Origin: Desulfotalea psychrophila LSv54
GTDB taxonomy: Bacteria > Desulfobacterota > Desulfobulbia > Desulfobulbales > Desulfocapsaceae
NCBI RefSeq assembly: GCF_000025945.1
Contig: NC_006138.1
Coordinates: 3,090,001-3,122,000, forward strand
Length of the DNA stretch: 32,000 nt
Direction: 5' to 3'
Positions 1-9,857 of the stretch are shown here, one piece after another; the stretch's first letter is position 1; each line of letters begins with the position of its first letter. The notes beneath the pieces were generated by a model, which worked only from the letters and a program-made list of their open reading frames with translations, was not told the DNA's origin and made no database searches. The position numbers were made by a program, and so were the translations under genes.

Positions 1-1109
1 ATCAACAGCTCTTCTTTACGAGTACCAGAACGTCGAATATCAATGGCAGGAAAAATTCTCTTATCTGCCATCTTACGATCAAGTACCAACTCCATGTTAC
101 CCGTACCCTTGAACTCTTCGAAGATAACCTCATCCATGCGGCTTCCGGTCTCGATAAGGGCCGTAGCTATGATGGTGAGACTGCCACCTTCTTCGATGTT
201 TCGAGCAGCACCAAAAAATCTCTTTGGACGATGCAGGGCGTTAGCCTCAACACCACCGGATAGAATTTTACCACTTGCAGGAGTAACGGTATTGTATGCC
301 CGCGCAAGTCTTGTAATACTATCAAGCAGAATAACAACATCTTTTTTATGCTCTACCAATCTCTTGGCCTTCTCAATAACCATTTCAGCAACTTGAATAT
401 GTCGCTGTGGTGGTTCATCAAAGGTAGAACTGACAACCTCTGCAGCCTTAACCGAACGGGACATCTCGGTAACCTCTTCCGGACGCTCATCAATAAGCAG
501 TACTATCAGGTACACCTCTGGATGATTGCGTACAATTGTATTGGCAAGTTTCTGCATAAAAACAGTTTTACCAGTACGGGGAGGAGCTACAAGCAGGCCA
601 CGTTGTCCCTTACCAATAGGGGCAAACAGATCCATTGCCCGTATGGAATAATTATCTGAATCGCAGTCTAGATCAAAGGCCTCGTCGGGATGAAGAGGGG
701 TGAGATTACCAAACAGAGTCTTCTGTTTAGCTGCCTCGGGAGAATCAAAGTTGACACTCTCGACTTTCAAAAGGGCAAAATATCTCTCGCCTTCCTTAGG
801 GGCACGCACCATACCGTCAATGGTATCACCTGTTCTCAAATTCAACCTGCGAATTTGCGATGGAGACACATAGATATCATCTGGACCTGGCAAGTAATTA
901 TAATCAGGAGCCCGGAGAAAGCCAAAGCCATCTGGAAGAATCTCCAGAACTCCGCTTCCACGCATCTTGCCTTCTTTATCAGCCTGGGCCTGCAGAATTG
1001 CAAAGATCAGCTCCTGCTTACGCAATATGCTATAACCCTCAACATTCAATTGGCGCGCAAGTTGTACCAGGTCTCCAATTTTTTTCAGCTTTAATTCCGC
1101 CAGATTCAT
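1..1109 (-). CDS. rho: Transcription termination factor Rho, 3' end runs off the left edge of the window
   Basis: Reverse-strand translation from ATG at 1109: [25 protein letters not shown]...[47 protein letters not shown]...[25 protein letters not shown]...[14 protein letters not shown]. These are the Rho N-terminal, cold-shock-like and Walker A regions. SD AGAGGAGAGGAG sits upstream. Missing from the ORF track because it has no stop inside the window. Confidence 0.97.
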   Translation of the reverse strand, partial: MNLAELKLKKIGDLVQLARQLNVEGYSILRKQELIFAILQAQADKEGKMRGSGVLEILPDGFGFLRAPDYNYLPGPDDIYVSPSQIRRLNLRTGDTIDGMVRAPKEGERYFALLKVESVNFDSPEAAKQKTLFGNLTPLHPDEAFDLDCDSDNYSIRAMDLFAPIGKGQRGLLVAPPRTGKTVFMQKLANTIVRNHPEVYLIVLLIDERPEEVTEMSRSVKAAEVVSSTFDEPPQRHIQVAEMVIEKAKRLVEHKKDVVILLDSITRLARAYNTVTPASGKILSGGVEANALHRPKRFFGAARNIEEGGSLTIIATALIETGSRMDEVIFEEFKGTGNMELVLDRKMADKRIFPAIDIRRSGTRKEELL

Positions 1110-1168
1110 TAATTCTCCTCTCCTCTAAAGGCATTGGCAGGATACATATCACTCATACGATCAGACAT
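1109..1168 (-). CDS. Candidate 19-aa leader peptide [19 protein letters not shown] overlapping the rho start codon (TAATG)
   Basis: Reverse strand reads ATG TCT GAT CGT ATG AGT GAT ATG TAT CCT GCC AAT GCC TTT AGA GGA GAG GAG AAT TAA, and the final A of TAA is the A of the rho ATG. Confidence 0.35.
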   Translation of the reverse strand: MSDRMSDMYPANAFRGEEN

Positions 1169-1438
1169 TTTATTTACACTTCAGAGATATTTTTTTAGTG
1201 AAATATATCAAAGACTATCGATATAAATCGTATTCAAGCACATTTATTAGCAAATAAGGAAGAAGCTGACACACAGATAGCTCGGAAAAAAACACGCTAA
1301 AAAAATTTCTGCTGGTTTGGAAAGAAAAATTTCCGGGTCTTCCTAAGGGGATGCAGGCTTATATAAATGAAGAATAGTGGTTTGCGGTTAACAAGTTGAG
1401 TCGGTAATAACCGAATTTGATTTTCAACAATCTTGTTC

Positions 1439-1467
1439 CTTATACGTAGTACAGCTTGCGGTGTCAA
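1439..1467 (-). promoter_or_regulatory. Sigma70-type promoter, probably for rho
   Basis: Reverse strand TTGACA - 17 nt - TATAAG (1467-1462 and 1444-1439). Confidence 0.7.
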
Positions 1468-1533
1468 GCACTTTCATCATACAAAGAGGCTTTTAGCTAT
1501 TTTTCACCGGCTAACAAAATGCTAGCCACATAA

Positions 1534-2133
1534 TTACTTCTTTTTTTCTATTCTGTCCGCCACGAAAAACAGAATCTGGCTGTATGTCGCCGCAAAGAGC
1601 CCATCGTTATTAATGATAAAGTCAGCACGGGCCTCCTTAATAGCAAGCGGCAGTTGAGAGGCTATGATGCTCGTGGCCAAACTGGCCCGAACATCATCCC
1701 TACGCATAGCCCTGCTTATGGCAATATCCTCAGCTACCGATACCACAATGACCATATCAAAATCATAGGACTGATCGCTCTCAAAGAGTAGCGGTATTTC
1801 AGCAACCAAATGTTTATCACAGACATCTGCCCGCAAACCAGCATCGACAATCTGCCTATGGGCAAGGGGATGCAGGATGGCCTCTAACTCTTTTTTACTG
1901 GCCGGATCAAGGAAAATTTTTTCCCGTACCGCCTCCCGATCCACCTCTCCATCCTCAGAGAAATAGTCAGGGCCCCAAAGTTCCTTCAGCTGTTGCCAGC
2001 CCGTAGCCCCCACCTGCAACTCATTCTTACAGGCAATGTCGGCAGAGATAAAAAAGCAGTCCAGCAGAGTCGTTAATACGGCACTGACGCTACTCTTTCC
2101 TGAACTATAACCACCTGTCACAGCAATCTTCAT
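1534..2133 (-). CDS. coaE: Dephospho-CoA kinase
   Basis: MKIAVTGGYSSGKSSVSAVL P-loop, followed by SADIACKNE and HPLAHRQI...EIPLLFE motifs. Confidence 0.93.
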   Translation of the reverse strand: MKIAVTGGYSSGKSSVSAVLTTLLDCFFISADIACKNELQVGATGWQQLKELWGPDYFSEDGEVDREAVREKIFLDPASKKELEAILHPLAHRQIVDAGLRADVCDKHLVAEIPLLFESDQSYDFDMVIVVSVAEDIAISRAMRRDDVRASLATSIIASQLPLAIKEARADFIINNDGLFAATYSQILFFVADRIEKKK

Positions 2134-2136
2134 AAA

Positions 2137-3120
2137 CTACTCCAAAGCTCCAGACCAGTCCATATCCTCAAGGACCTCCTGAAAGTCCTGCCACAACGGA
2201 GCGGTAAAGCTCATCGTCCTTCCCGTCACTGGATGAGGGAGGCGCAAACGCGAGGCATGTAGCATCTGTCGAGCAAAGGCAGGGTTCTGTCTCTTTGAAC
2301 CGTAAACCTGATCACCTGCAATGGGGCAACCAATTGAGCTCATATGCACCCGTATCTGGTGAGTTCTGCCTGTCTCAATATGTACTCTGAGAAGGGAATA
2401 GGGACCATCCTTGGTTTCAAAGACCTCCACTACCTGCCAATTTGTTGCGGCAAACTTACCTGTTCGCTCACTTATTGCCATCTTTTGCCGATGCACTGAG
2501 TGACGACCAATGGGGGCAACAATACGTCCTTCATATTTTTTGGGAATGCCACAGACGAGGGCATGATAGACCTTATATACCTGCCTCTCCTTAAAAGAGT
2601 CCACCAGGGTGCGCAAACTCCTTTCATCCTTGGCTACCACCATCGCCCCCGAGGTATCCTTATCAAGGCGATGAACTATGCCTGGACGGATAGCATCTCC
2701 AACACCGCCAATTTCCCGACAATGATAGAGAAGGCCATGAACCAGGGTCCCTTCGGTATTACCATTACCCGGATGCACAACTATCCCCGGTGGTTTGGAA
2801 AGAACAAGCAGAGAGTCATCTTCATAGATAGACTCAAAATCAACCTGCTGAGGTTCCAAGCTCAGAGGAGGCGCCTGCCACAGAGCACAGGTAACAGTCT
2901 CTCCCTCCTTCAGACGGTAGCTACTCTTTTTCACCTCGTCATCAACAAGAACCAACTCTTTTTTATTGGAAAGAGTTATGAGGGCCCGAGAAACATCGGG
3001 CAGAGAAAAGGCCAGAAATTGATCCAGGCGCGTTCCACGCTGATTATACGAAACAGAAAATTCAAACTTCTGCTGATCGGACACACTATTTTCTATATTT
3101 TCTGAAGACAAGGGAAGCAT
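2137..3120 (-). CDS. rluD: RluD/RluA-family 23S rRNA pseudouridine synthase
   Basis: S4-like N-terminus, then VLSKPPGIVVHPGNGN, GIVHRLDKDTSGAMVVAK and ETGRTHQIRVHMSSIGCPIAGDQVYG motifs. Confidence 0.9.
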   Translation of the reverse strand: MLPLSSENIENSVSDQQKFEFSVSYNQRGTRLDQFLAFSLPDVSRALITLSNKKELVLVDDEVKKSSYRLKEGETVTCALWQAPPLSLEPQQVDFESIYEDDSLLVLSKPPGIVVHPGNGNTEGTLVHGLLYHCREIGGVGDAIRPGIVHRLDKDTSGAMVVAKDERSLRTLVDSFKERQVYKVYHALVCGIPKKYEGRIVAPIGRHSVHRQKMAISERTGKFAATNWQVVEVFETKDGPYSLLRVHIETGRTHQIRVHMSSIGCPIAGDQVYGSKRQNPAFARQMLHASRLRLPHPVTGRTMSFTAPLWQDFQEVLEDMDWSGALE

Positions 3121-3227
3121 AGACAGATGGGGGGGGAATAATAACTAAGAATCAAAAAGAGCCTGCATATTTCTCACGAAATACAGAGACTCTCTTTTCG
3201 ACAGATAAGTACTGGTAAAAAAACAAA

Positions 3228-3707
3228 CTAAGAAAAAATTGCGTCTATTTGATCACTCATTGCCACTTCTTCAATTTTTTTAGCAAGAGAGAGCTCTTTA
3301 ACAAGTAAGCCCTTGGCTGTGTCGAGCATTTTACGCTCGCCATAGGAGAGATCTTTATCAACGCTGAGCAGAAAGAGATCACGAAGAACAGCAGCAACTT
3401 CATGCACAGAACCAGTCTTAATTTTTTCCATGTAATCACGATAGCGACGATTCCAGGTCTGAGAGCCCAATTCCACATCTCTATCTTCGAGAATGGTAAC
3501 GACCTCACTTACCTGCTCTTCGCTGACTATGGCACGCAATCCGACTTTCTCACTGCTTGCAGTTGGGATCATAATAGTCATATTATTCCCCATAATCTCC
3601 ATAACGTAGAAAGACTGATCGGTTCCAGCAACGGTCTGGGTTTCCACAGATTTAATAACACCAACACCATGGGCTGGATATACAGCCATATCACCTGCAA
3701 CAAACAC
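3228..3707 (-). CDS. carD: CarD-family transcriptional regulator; likely GTG start at 3707 (the track start 3725 is an upstream in-frame ATG)
   Basis: VFVAGDMAVYPAHGVGVIKSVE...YVMEIMGNNMTIMIPT...WNRRYRDYMEKIKTG...LSYGERKMLDTAKGLLVKEL. SD-like GGGAG lies upstream of the GTG. Confidence 0.88.
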   Translation of the reverse strand: MFVAGDMAVYPAHGVGVIKSVETQTVAGTDQSFYVMEIMGNNMTIMIPTASSEKVGLRAIVSEEQVSEVVTILEDRDVELGSQTWNRRYRDYMEKIKTGSVHEVAAVLRDLFLLSVDKDLSYGERKMLDTAKGLLVKELSLAKKIEEVAMSDQIDAIFS

Positions 3708-4032
3708 TGATACTCTCCCTATCATTTTTTACAGCTCCGCACTATCCGGACAACTTTGGTTAGCAGGCCCAGAACAACAAGGCAGGCTAAAAAACAAACA
3801 TTTACAGGGATTACTAAAGCACCGAAAACAAGAAAAACATTCGGCAAAATTTACAAGAAACAGTCAATTAAACTTGTCTCTTACATCCCTTGAGCTTGTT
3901 TCCTGAAGGCATAAAAAACGCCCCCAACTAACAAGACACTCGTTTACTATACCATATTTAGCGCAAATTTTCTCGGTTTTTCGACGTTTTGCCCAGCTAG
4001 AAGCAAATAAGAGCGCTTACCAAGGGGGATCT

Positions 4033-4626
4033 CTACCTTAAACTATTCAAAACAGTTGCAGCTGCAGCAGGAGAATCCCGAAAAAATGTCTCTAAGCCTG
4101 CCGCTATGGCATCATATCGTCCAACAATAATATCAAGTTGCTCAGCTGAAAATGGCGCCAGCACATATTTATCAACGGGTATCTCGGGATGAATACCATG
4201 CTTTCCTGGTCGCCCCACCCCTATCTTCAAACGATAATAATCGACAAAGCCAAGGGAGGAATTAATTGACTTGATACCATTATGCCCGCCTGCTCCCCCA
4301 CCGCGGACCAACTTCACTCGCCCCGGGGCCATATCAATATCATCATGAATAACGATAATATTTTCAGCCACAATCTTAAAAAAACGTACATACTCGGCCA
4401 CGGCAAGACCACTCCGATTCATATAGGTAAGCGGTTGCATAAGGGCAAGAGAATTGCCCGCCACCCTGGCCTTACGAAAAGTAGAGTTATATTTTTCTAT
4501 TGAATTACTACCGGACCAACGAGAGGAAAGATCATCAAGCAACAGACTACCGGCATTATGCCGCGTATCCTGATACTCACGCCCTGGATTTCCAAGGCCT
4601 ACAAGAAGATATTCGTTTACACCCAT
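4033..4626 (-). CDS. pth: Peptidyl-tRNA hydrolase; start probably ATG 4626 (MGVNEYLLVGLGNPG), preceded by GGAGAA
   Basis: LLVGLGNPGREYQDTRHNAG, PLTYMNRSG, VIHDDIDMAPGRVKLVRGGGAGGHNGIKSI motifs. Confidence 0.95.
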   Translation of the reverse strand: MGVNEYLLVGLGNPGREYQDTRHNAGSLLLDDLSSRWSGSNSIEKYNSTFRKARVAGNSLALMQPLTYMNRSGLAVAEYVRFFKIVAENIIVIHDDIDMAPGRVKLVRGGGAGGHNGIKSINSSLGFVDYYRLKIGVGRPGKHGIHPEIPVDKYVLAPFSAEQLDIIVGRYDAIAAGLETFFRDSPAAAATVLNSLR

Positions 4627-4725
4627 GATTTCTCCTGGATAAAAAAAATCCGAGAAAGGACAAACCTTTCTCGGATTCAAAATCTACAGAGGCAAGCCAC
4701 AAACTACATAGCAAGATTCCGAAAA

Positions 4726-5277
4726 TTACTTAAGAACAGCAACCATAACTCTAGCTGCAGGTGTTACCATAACAACATTTTCTGCCAAGGCAACATCTGC
4801 TACGGTGAGTTGCTCATCAATTGCAAGGTCAGCAATATTAATAACAAACTCGTTTGGAATATCCAAAGGCTTAGCCTTAAGAATAACACTGGTAAGATGG
4901 CTTTCCAAACGACCACCAAGATCAACACCCTTAGGAGTTCCCTCGAAGGTCACAGGTACGGTGAACTCACGCGCCTGATCAAGATCAATTTCACAGAAAT
5001 CAACATGAACCAAGGCATCGGTAACAGGATCACTTTGTATTTCAGCGATAACAACATTCTTCGCGTCCTGGCCATCAACGCTAAGACTTACAACAGTGTT
5101 AACTCTAGAAAATTCCAAAAGTTGTGTCATCAAGATCTTCGCATCCATCTGCAAAGGCAAGGCTGCTTTACCTGCACCATAAACAACGGCAGGAGTAATT
5201 CCTTGCTGACGAAGACGACGCATAGGGCCTTTACCAAAAGCTTCTCTTACAGAAGCGGTCATTTCTACTTGAAACAT
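4726..5277 (-). CDS. rplY: 50S ribosomal protein L25/general stress protein Ctc
   Basis: REAFGKGPMRRLRQQGITPAVVYG and the VDFCEID...PVTFEGTPKGVDLGG L25/TL5 C-terminal domain; sits between pth and prs. Confidence 0.93.
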   Translation of the reverse strand: MFQVEMTASVREAFGKGPMRRLRQQGITPAVVYGAGKAALPLQMDAKILMTQLLEFSRVNTVVSLSVDGQDAKNVVIAEIQSDPVTDALVHVDFCEIDLDQAREFTVPVTFEGTPKGVDLGGRLESHLTSVILKAKPLDIPNEFVINIADLAIDEQLTVADVALAENVVMVTPAARVMVAVLK

Positions 5278-5353
5278 GTATTTTTCCTCCGGCTACTCTC
5301 CCATGCATTTCCACATGGTACCATTGCCAACAAAAAGAATTTATAAAATATTA

Positions 5354-6295
5354 TTAAACAAACAAAGAACTTACAGAATCCTCATTATGGATTCTTTCAA
5401 TAGCATCTGCAAGCAATGCTGAAACAGACAACTGCTTAATTTTCGGGCAGTTCTTTGCCTCTTCCCCTAAAGGAATAGTATTAGTTACCACAAAGCTCTT
5501 CAGATCAGAATTGGTAATTCTCTCTACGGCAGGCCCTGAAAGAACAGGGTGAGTACAACAGGCATGAACCTCTTTAGCACCGTTCTCAAGAAGAGTCTTG
5601 GCACCATTACAAATGGTACCCGCAGTATCCGCCATATCATCCATCAAAATGGCTACTTTACCCCTCACATCACCGATAACATGCATCGCTTCACACTCAT
5701 TGGGACGATCACGACGTTTATCAATAATAGCAAGACCGGTATTCAAGCGTTTAGCAAAGGCACGAGTTCTCTCAACGCCACCGGCATCGGGAGAGACCAT
5801 AACAACATCCTCACCAAACTCCTTCTTAATATGCTTAAGAAGAACGGGCGCAGCATAGAGATGATCAACGGGAATATTGAAAAAACCTTGAATTTGTCCT
5901 GCGTGCAGATCCATGCAAAGAACACGACGCACACCCACGGCCATAAACATCTCTGCAACAACTTTTGCGGAGATAGGCACACGGGGAGCACTTTTTCGAT
6001 CCTGGCGAGCATAACCGTAATAGGGAACAACAGCAGTTATTCGTCGAGCAGAAGCACGCCTCAAGGCGTCGACCATGAGCACCAGTTCCATCAAGTTATC
6101 ATTTACAGGGGTGCAGGTGGGCTGAACGATAAACGCGTCAGTACCACGAACATTTTTCTTGATCTCGACAAAAATCTCGCCATCACTGAATTTACGCACG
6201 TCAGCTTCGCTAACCTGCATACCTAAATGGGCAGCAATCTCATCGGCCAACTGCGGATGAGCGTTACCTGAGAAAATTTTTATTATATTTGGCAT
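5354..6295 (-). CDS. prs: Ribose-phosphate pyrophosphokinase
   Basis: [21 protein letters not shown]...[10 protein letters not shown]...[28 protein letters not shown]...[12 protein letters not shown]...[14 protein letters not shown]. Confidence 0.97.
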
Positions 6296-6341
6296 GGTAA
6301 TCTACGTAGAAGAGAACGGAAAACTAATTAATTGAAAAGAT

Positions 6342-6416
6342 TGGCTGGGGCGGCAGGATTCGAACCTACGCATGCCAGGATCAAAACCTGGTGCCTTACC
6401 GCTTGGCGACGCCCCA
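6342..6416 (-). tRNA. tRNA-Gln (anticodon TTG), CCA encoded
   Basis: Reverse strand TGGGGCGTCGCCAAGCGGTAAGGCACCAGGTTTTGATCCTGGCATGCGTAGGTTCGAATCCTGCCGCCCCAGCCA: intact cloverleaf, U1-A72 as in known tRNA-Gln, loop TTTTGAT. Confidence 0.97.
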
Positions 6417-6533
6417 TCCTCACAAATTGCTTTCGCAACGAACATCTACAGCCGCCCAAAGAACAAGAATAATTCCAAGAACACCTGCAAAATCTTTTTG
6501 ACCCTCGCGGAGCCATAAGCATTTCCGCGAAGT

Positions 6534-6562
6534 AATGTACCAAATCTACGCAGCAGTTGCAA
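6534..6562 (-). promoter_or_regulatory. Sigma70-like promoter between the two tRNA-Gln genes
   Basis: Reverse strand TTGCAA - 17 nt - TACATT. Confidence 0.5.
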
Positions 6563-6569
6563 GCATTTT

Positions 6570-6598
6570 TTGTTCACCTGTTAAAAAACAGGTAACAA
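6570..6598. repeat. Stem-loop just 3' of the upstream tRNA-Gln copy; possible processing or termination site
   Basis: TTGTT(C)ACCTGTT-AAAA-AACAGGTAACAA, 12 bp with one bulge and no following U-tract. Confidence 0.6.
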
Positions 6599-6601
6599 AA
6601 G

Positions 6602-6676
6602 TGGCTGGGGCGGCAGGATTCGAACCTACGCATGCCAGGATCAAAACCTGGTGCCTTACCGCTTGGCGACGCCCCA
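6602..6676 (-). tRNA. tRNA-Gln (anticodon TTG), second identical copy
   Basis: 75-nt sequence identical to 6342-6416, including the encoded CCA. Confidence 0.97.
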
Positions 6677-6681
6677 AACCA

Positions 6682-7581
6682 TCAAACTGCCTGTACTGCA
6701 AAAACCTTCTCACCATACTTGCAAGACAGAACCTTACAAACCTGGTTAATTTTTTTCTGCCCCACGGACCTCTGAAAAACCCCAAAAACCGTAGAACCAC
6801 TTCCAGACATCATCACCGCCGAAGCACCATTGGCTTCCAAGAGACTTTTCATCTCGTCAATAGCCGGACACAGATCACTAACAATCTCTTCAAGATCGTT
6901 ATGCATGTAATCCAGCAAAGAGGCTCGTTCGTGCACCCTGAAAGGACGCGCAAAGATATTTCTTTTTGGACTTAATGTCAACGAAAATCTTTCAAATATT
7001 TCTTTTGTTGAAATAAAAATCCCAGGATTAACTAGAATAAAATCAAATTCTTTCGTTGATTCAAGGGGCTGGAGAATATCTCCTATGCCTGTGGCAAATG
7101 CCGCCGACATCTCCGAAGCAAAAAAAGGCACATCGGCCCCCAGAGGACGGGCCATTTCAATCAACTCCTCTTCGCTAAACTCATTGTCCAAAAGCTGATT
7201 CAAGCCTCGGAGCACAGTACCGGCATCACTGCTACCACCCCCAAGACCTGCCCCGACGGGTATATTTTTCTCAAGACTTATGCGCACCCCCCGCTGCCCC
7301 ACCCGGGAACTCCTGGCGAGATAGGCAAGGGCCGCACGCACGGCAAGATTTTTTTCATCAAGAGGAATATCACCATCACTGCAGACAAGACTCACCCCAG
7401 ACTGCTTCGTCAAACAGAGCTCCAGCTCATCATAGAGACTGACCTTTTGCATATGAGTTGCCAGATCATGGTAGCCATCCGCACGCCGACTGAGCACCTG
7501 CAGAGAGAGATTGACCTTCGCAGGTGCACGCATATGTAGACGGGTAGCCACTTGAGCCAACTCACCTTCATTTCTATCCAT
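6682..7581 (-). CDS. ispE: 4-diphosphocytidyl-2-C-methyl-D-erythritol kinase
   Basis: APAKVNLSLQVLSRRADGYHDL, KNIPVGAGLGGGSSDAGTVLRGLN, PLGADVPFF, ASAVMMSGSGSTVFGVF (GHMP kinase motifs). Confidence 0.95.
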   Translation of the reverse strand: MDRNEGELAQVATRLHMRAPAKVNLSLQVLSRRADGYHDLATHMQKVSLYDELELCLTKQSGVSLVCSDGDIPLDEKNLAVRAALAYLARSSRVGQRGVRISLEKNIPVGAGLGGGSSDAGTVLRGLNQLLDNEFSEEELIEMARPLGADVPFFASEMSAAFATGIGDILQPLESTKEFDFILVNPGIFISTKEIFERFSLTLSPKRNIFARPFRVHERASLLDYMHNDLEEIVSDLCPAIDEMKSLLEANGASAVMMSGSGSTVFGVFQRSVGQKKINQVCKVLSCKYGEKVFAVQAV

Positions 7582-7601
7582 TTACCAAAGCCCCATTATT
7601 A

Positions 7602-7931
7602 CTATTTCATACTGCGCACATAACGCATCTTAACATCGTAGACAATTTCCCCGAGCATCTCCGCCTCTTCCTCTGTCAAGTTGCCCTTGGTCTTCTCCTC
7701 AAGCAGGACAAGGGTATCTATAGTATGACGGGCAAGTTCCTTATCTATATTTTTCTGTTTCGTATTTGGATCTGGAATTTCGCCAAGATGATACAACACA
7801 GAGGTATTAAGAGACATAATAAAGGCCGAAAAGGTGACCTCCGGCATCTTGCAGTATCCATTGCCATTACCGTTACACCTTCCCCCTGTTGCCTCTGCTG
7901 ATCCGCATGCTTTTTTTTGCTCGCTCATCAT
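7602..7931 (-). CDS. DUF1844 domain-containing protein
   Basis: PEVTFSAFIMSLNTSVLYHLGEIPDP...DKELARHTIDTLVLLEEKTKGNLTEEEAEML...DVKMRYV is typical of DUF1844. Confidence 0.85.
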   Translation of the reverse strand: MMSEQKKACGSAEATGGRCNGNGNGYCKMPEVTFSAFIMSLNTSVLYHLGEIPDPNTKQKNIDKELARHTIDTLVLLEEKTKGNLTEEEAEMLGEIVYDVKMRYVRSMK

Positions 7932-8335
7932 CTCCCCCTTTTAAAACCTGACCTAATAAAAATACTCATTGAAAAGAACAATAAAAGTTGCCTTTTTTTC
8001 AAAACAAAATATACCTTTTCACCGAACTGAGGACAACAGCTATCATTGCCCATAAAAAAATATCTGCGTGAGTCAAAAGAGCCTCAAGCTATACATTATA
8101 TATTGAACATTGAATGTGAAAAAGATATAAACCTCTATCCTTGTTTTACAAGAACCTTTGCAAGAAAAAAACTTACACCATATAACAGCGATTTTTTGTT
8201 ATATTCGACATAAACACGATAAGATGAGAAAAAGCTCACGCCAGAAGCACTGGACAACATTTTCTTCATCATCGATAAATATATTACTGAATAGAGAGCC
8301 TCTTGCCTAGCCGGGGAAGCTCCAAGGAGTATGTT

Positions 8336-9811
8336 ATGACAGAGACACGACTACGATTTCCCCCCAGCCCCACAGGTTATCTCCACATCGGTGGTGCCAG
8401 AACTGCACTCTACAACTGGCTCTATGCCAAACAGCATGGTGGCAAACTCGTCCTTCGCATAGAGGACACCGACACCGAAAGGTCCACCGAGGAATCCATC
8501 AAGGGCATCGTAGACGGACTCGATTGGTTGGGAATTGACTTTGATGAGGGACCATATTTTCAAACCGACTTTGCAAGTGATCACAAGAGTGCTGCCCAGA
8601 AGCTTCTTGATTCAGGACAGGCATACAAGTGCTTTTGTAGCAAGGAATCACTGGACGAAAAACGCGAAGCAGCCCTCGCTGCCAAGAAGAGCCTGGGCTA
8701 TGACGGCACCTGCCGCAACCTCACCGCCGAGCAGATTGCCGAGAAAGAGGCAGCTGGAGCCCCCTATGTACTCCGCTTTCGTGTACCTGAGTGTGAATCT
8801 GTCTCCTACGAAGACAAGATTGCCGGCACCATCCGCGTCGCCCGCTCCGAAATAGATGACTTTGTTATTGTCCGTTCCAACGGTGCCCCTCTTTATCTTC
8901 TCTGCAATGTAGTCGATGATATTCGCGATCGCATCTCCCATGTCATTCGTGGCCAGGATCACATGACCAATACCATCAAGCAGATTCTTCTCTATGAGGC
9001 CCTTGATGCGCCAATTCCTGTTTTCGCCCATATGCCCCTTACCCTGGACAACAAGAGGGCAAAAATTTCCAAGCGGAGTCATGGAGAAATTGTTGCCGTT
9101 CAATTCTATCGTGATCACGGTTTTCTCCCCTGGGCACTGAACAACTTCCTGGCCATGCTTGGCTGGTCTGCAGGTGATGACAAGGAATTTTACACCAAGG
9201 AAGAGCTCCTAAAGGCCTTTTCTCTTGAGCGCATCAACAAATCAAGCTCAATATTCAACTACCGCAAGGGTGATCCAAAGTTCTTCACCGACCCCAAGGC
9301 AATCTCCATGAACGAGCACTATATTCGCAACATGGATATTACCGAACTCGGTAAATTGGTGCAAAAAGAGCTGGAGGCAGATGGCCTGTGGGATACCGCC
9401 TACGCAGACGAAAAGGCAGATTGGTATCTGGCAACCATTGATATGATCCGCGCAAGATTCCACACCCTAAAGGATTTTGCCACCCTCGGCCGTGCCTACT
9501 TTGGCGAAGACTACGTGGTGGAAGAGAAGCCTCTTAAGAAAAATGTTCTTAAATTTGAAGGTCTTAAAGAGTGGTTACCTCTTCTCGGCGAGCGATATGC
9601 CTCCCTTGATGATTTCTCCGCAGAGGAGACCGAAAGAGTTGCCCGCGAACTCGCCGATGAGCTTGAATTAAAACCAGGTGTCATCATTAACGGTATGCGT
9701 ACCGCGGTAACAGGCCAGCTTGCAGGTCCATCCATGTTTGATATTGTCACCACCCTGGGCCAGGAACGCATGGTCAAGAGACTCCGTGAAGCAGGAAGAC
9801 TGTTTGCATAA
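8336..9811 (+). CDS. gltX: Glutamyl-tRNA synthetase; ATG 8336 preferred over the TTG 8303 of the track
   Basis: TETRLRFPPSPTGYLHIGGARTALYNWL (HIGH) and KRAKISKRSHGE (KMSKS equivalent); AAGGAG located 7 nt upstream of ATG 8336. Confidence 0.96.
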   Translation: MTETRLRFPPSPTGYLHIGGARTALYNWLYAKQHGGKLVLRIEDTDTERSTEESIKGIVDGLDWLGIDFDEGPYFQTDFASDHKSAAQKLLDSGQAYKCFCSKESLDEKREAALAAKKSLGYDGTCRNLTAEQIAEKEAAGAPYVLRFRVPECESVSYEDKIAGTIRVARSEIDDFVIVRSNGAPLYLLCNVVDDIRDRISHVIRGQDHMTNTIKQILLYEALDAPIPVFAHMPLTLDNKRAKISKRSHGEIVAVQFYRDHGFLPWALNNFLAMLGWSAGDDKEFYTKEELLKAFSLERINKSSSIFNYRKGDPKFFTDPKAISMNEHYIRNMDITELGKLVQKELEADGLWDTAYADEKADWYLATIDMIRARFHTLKDFATLGRAYFGEDYVVEEKPLKKNVLKFEGLKEWLPLLGERYASLDDFSAEETERVARELADELELKPGVIINGMRTAVTGQLAGPSMFDIVTTLGQERMVKRLREAGRLFA

Positions 9812-9857
9812 ACCTATCGGCAACATCAACATATAGAGCACAAACGAGAATAATTTT

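Noticed and set aside
2500-3105. 201-aa plus-strand ORF
   Set aside because: Fully antisense to the well-supported rluD-family gene; no recognisable domain; shadow ORF.
3780-4032. Intergenic region between carD and pth considered for an ncRNA
   Set aside because: AT-rich with no convincing long complementarity or recognised motif.
4558-5346. 262-aa plus-strand ORF
   Set aside because: Antisense to rplY and part of pth; composition typical of an antisense shadow.
5549-6226. 225-aa plus-strand ORF
   Set aside because: Antisense to prs; shadow of a strongly conserved gene.
6328-6800. Minus-strand ORFs 6328-6543 and 6546-6800 sharing 'RRQAVRHQVLILACVGSNPAAPA'
   Set aside because: The shared peptide is simply translation of the two identical tRNA-Gln genes; not a protein repeat.
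7932-8302. 370-bp divergent spacer upstream of gltX considered as a T-box or other riboswitch
   Set aside because: No T-box sequence, specifier stem or terminator/antiterminator seen; probably divergent promoters only.
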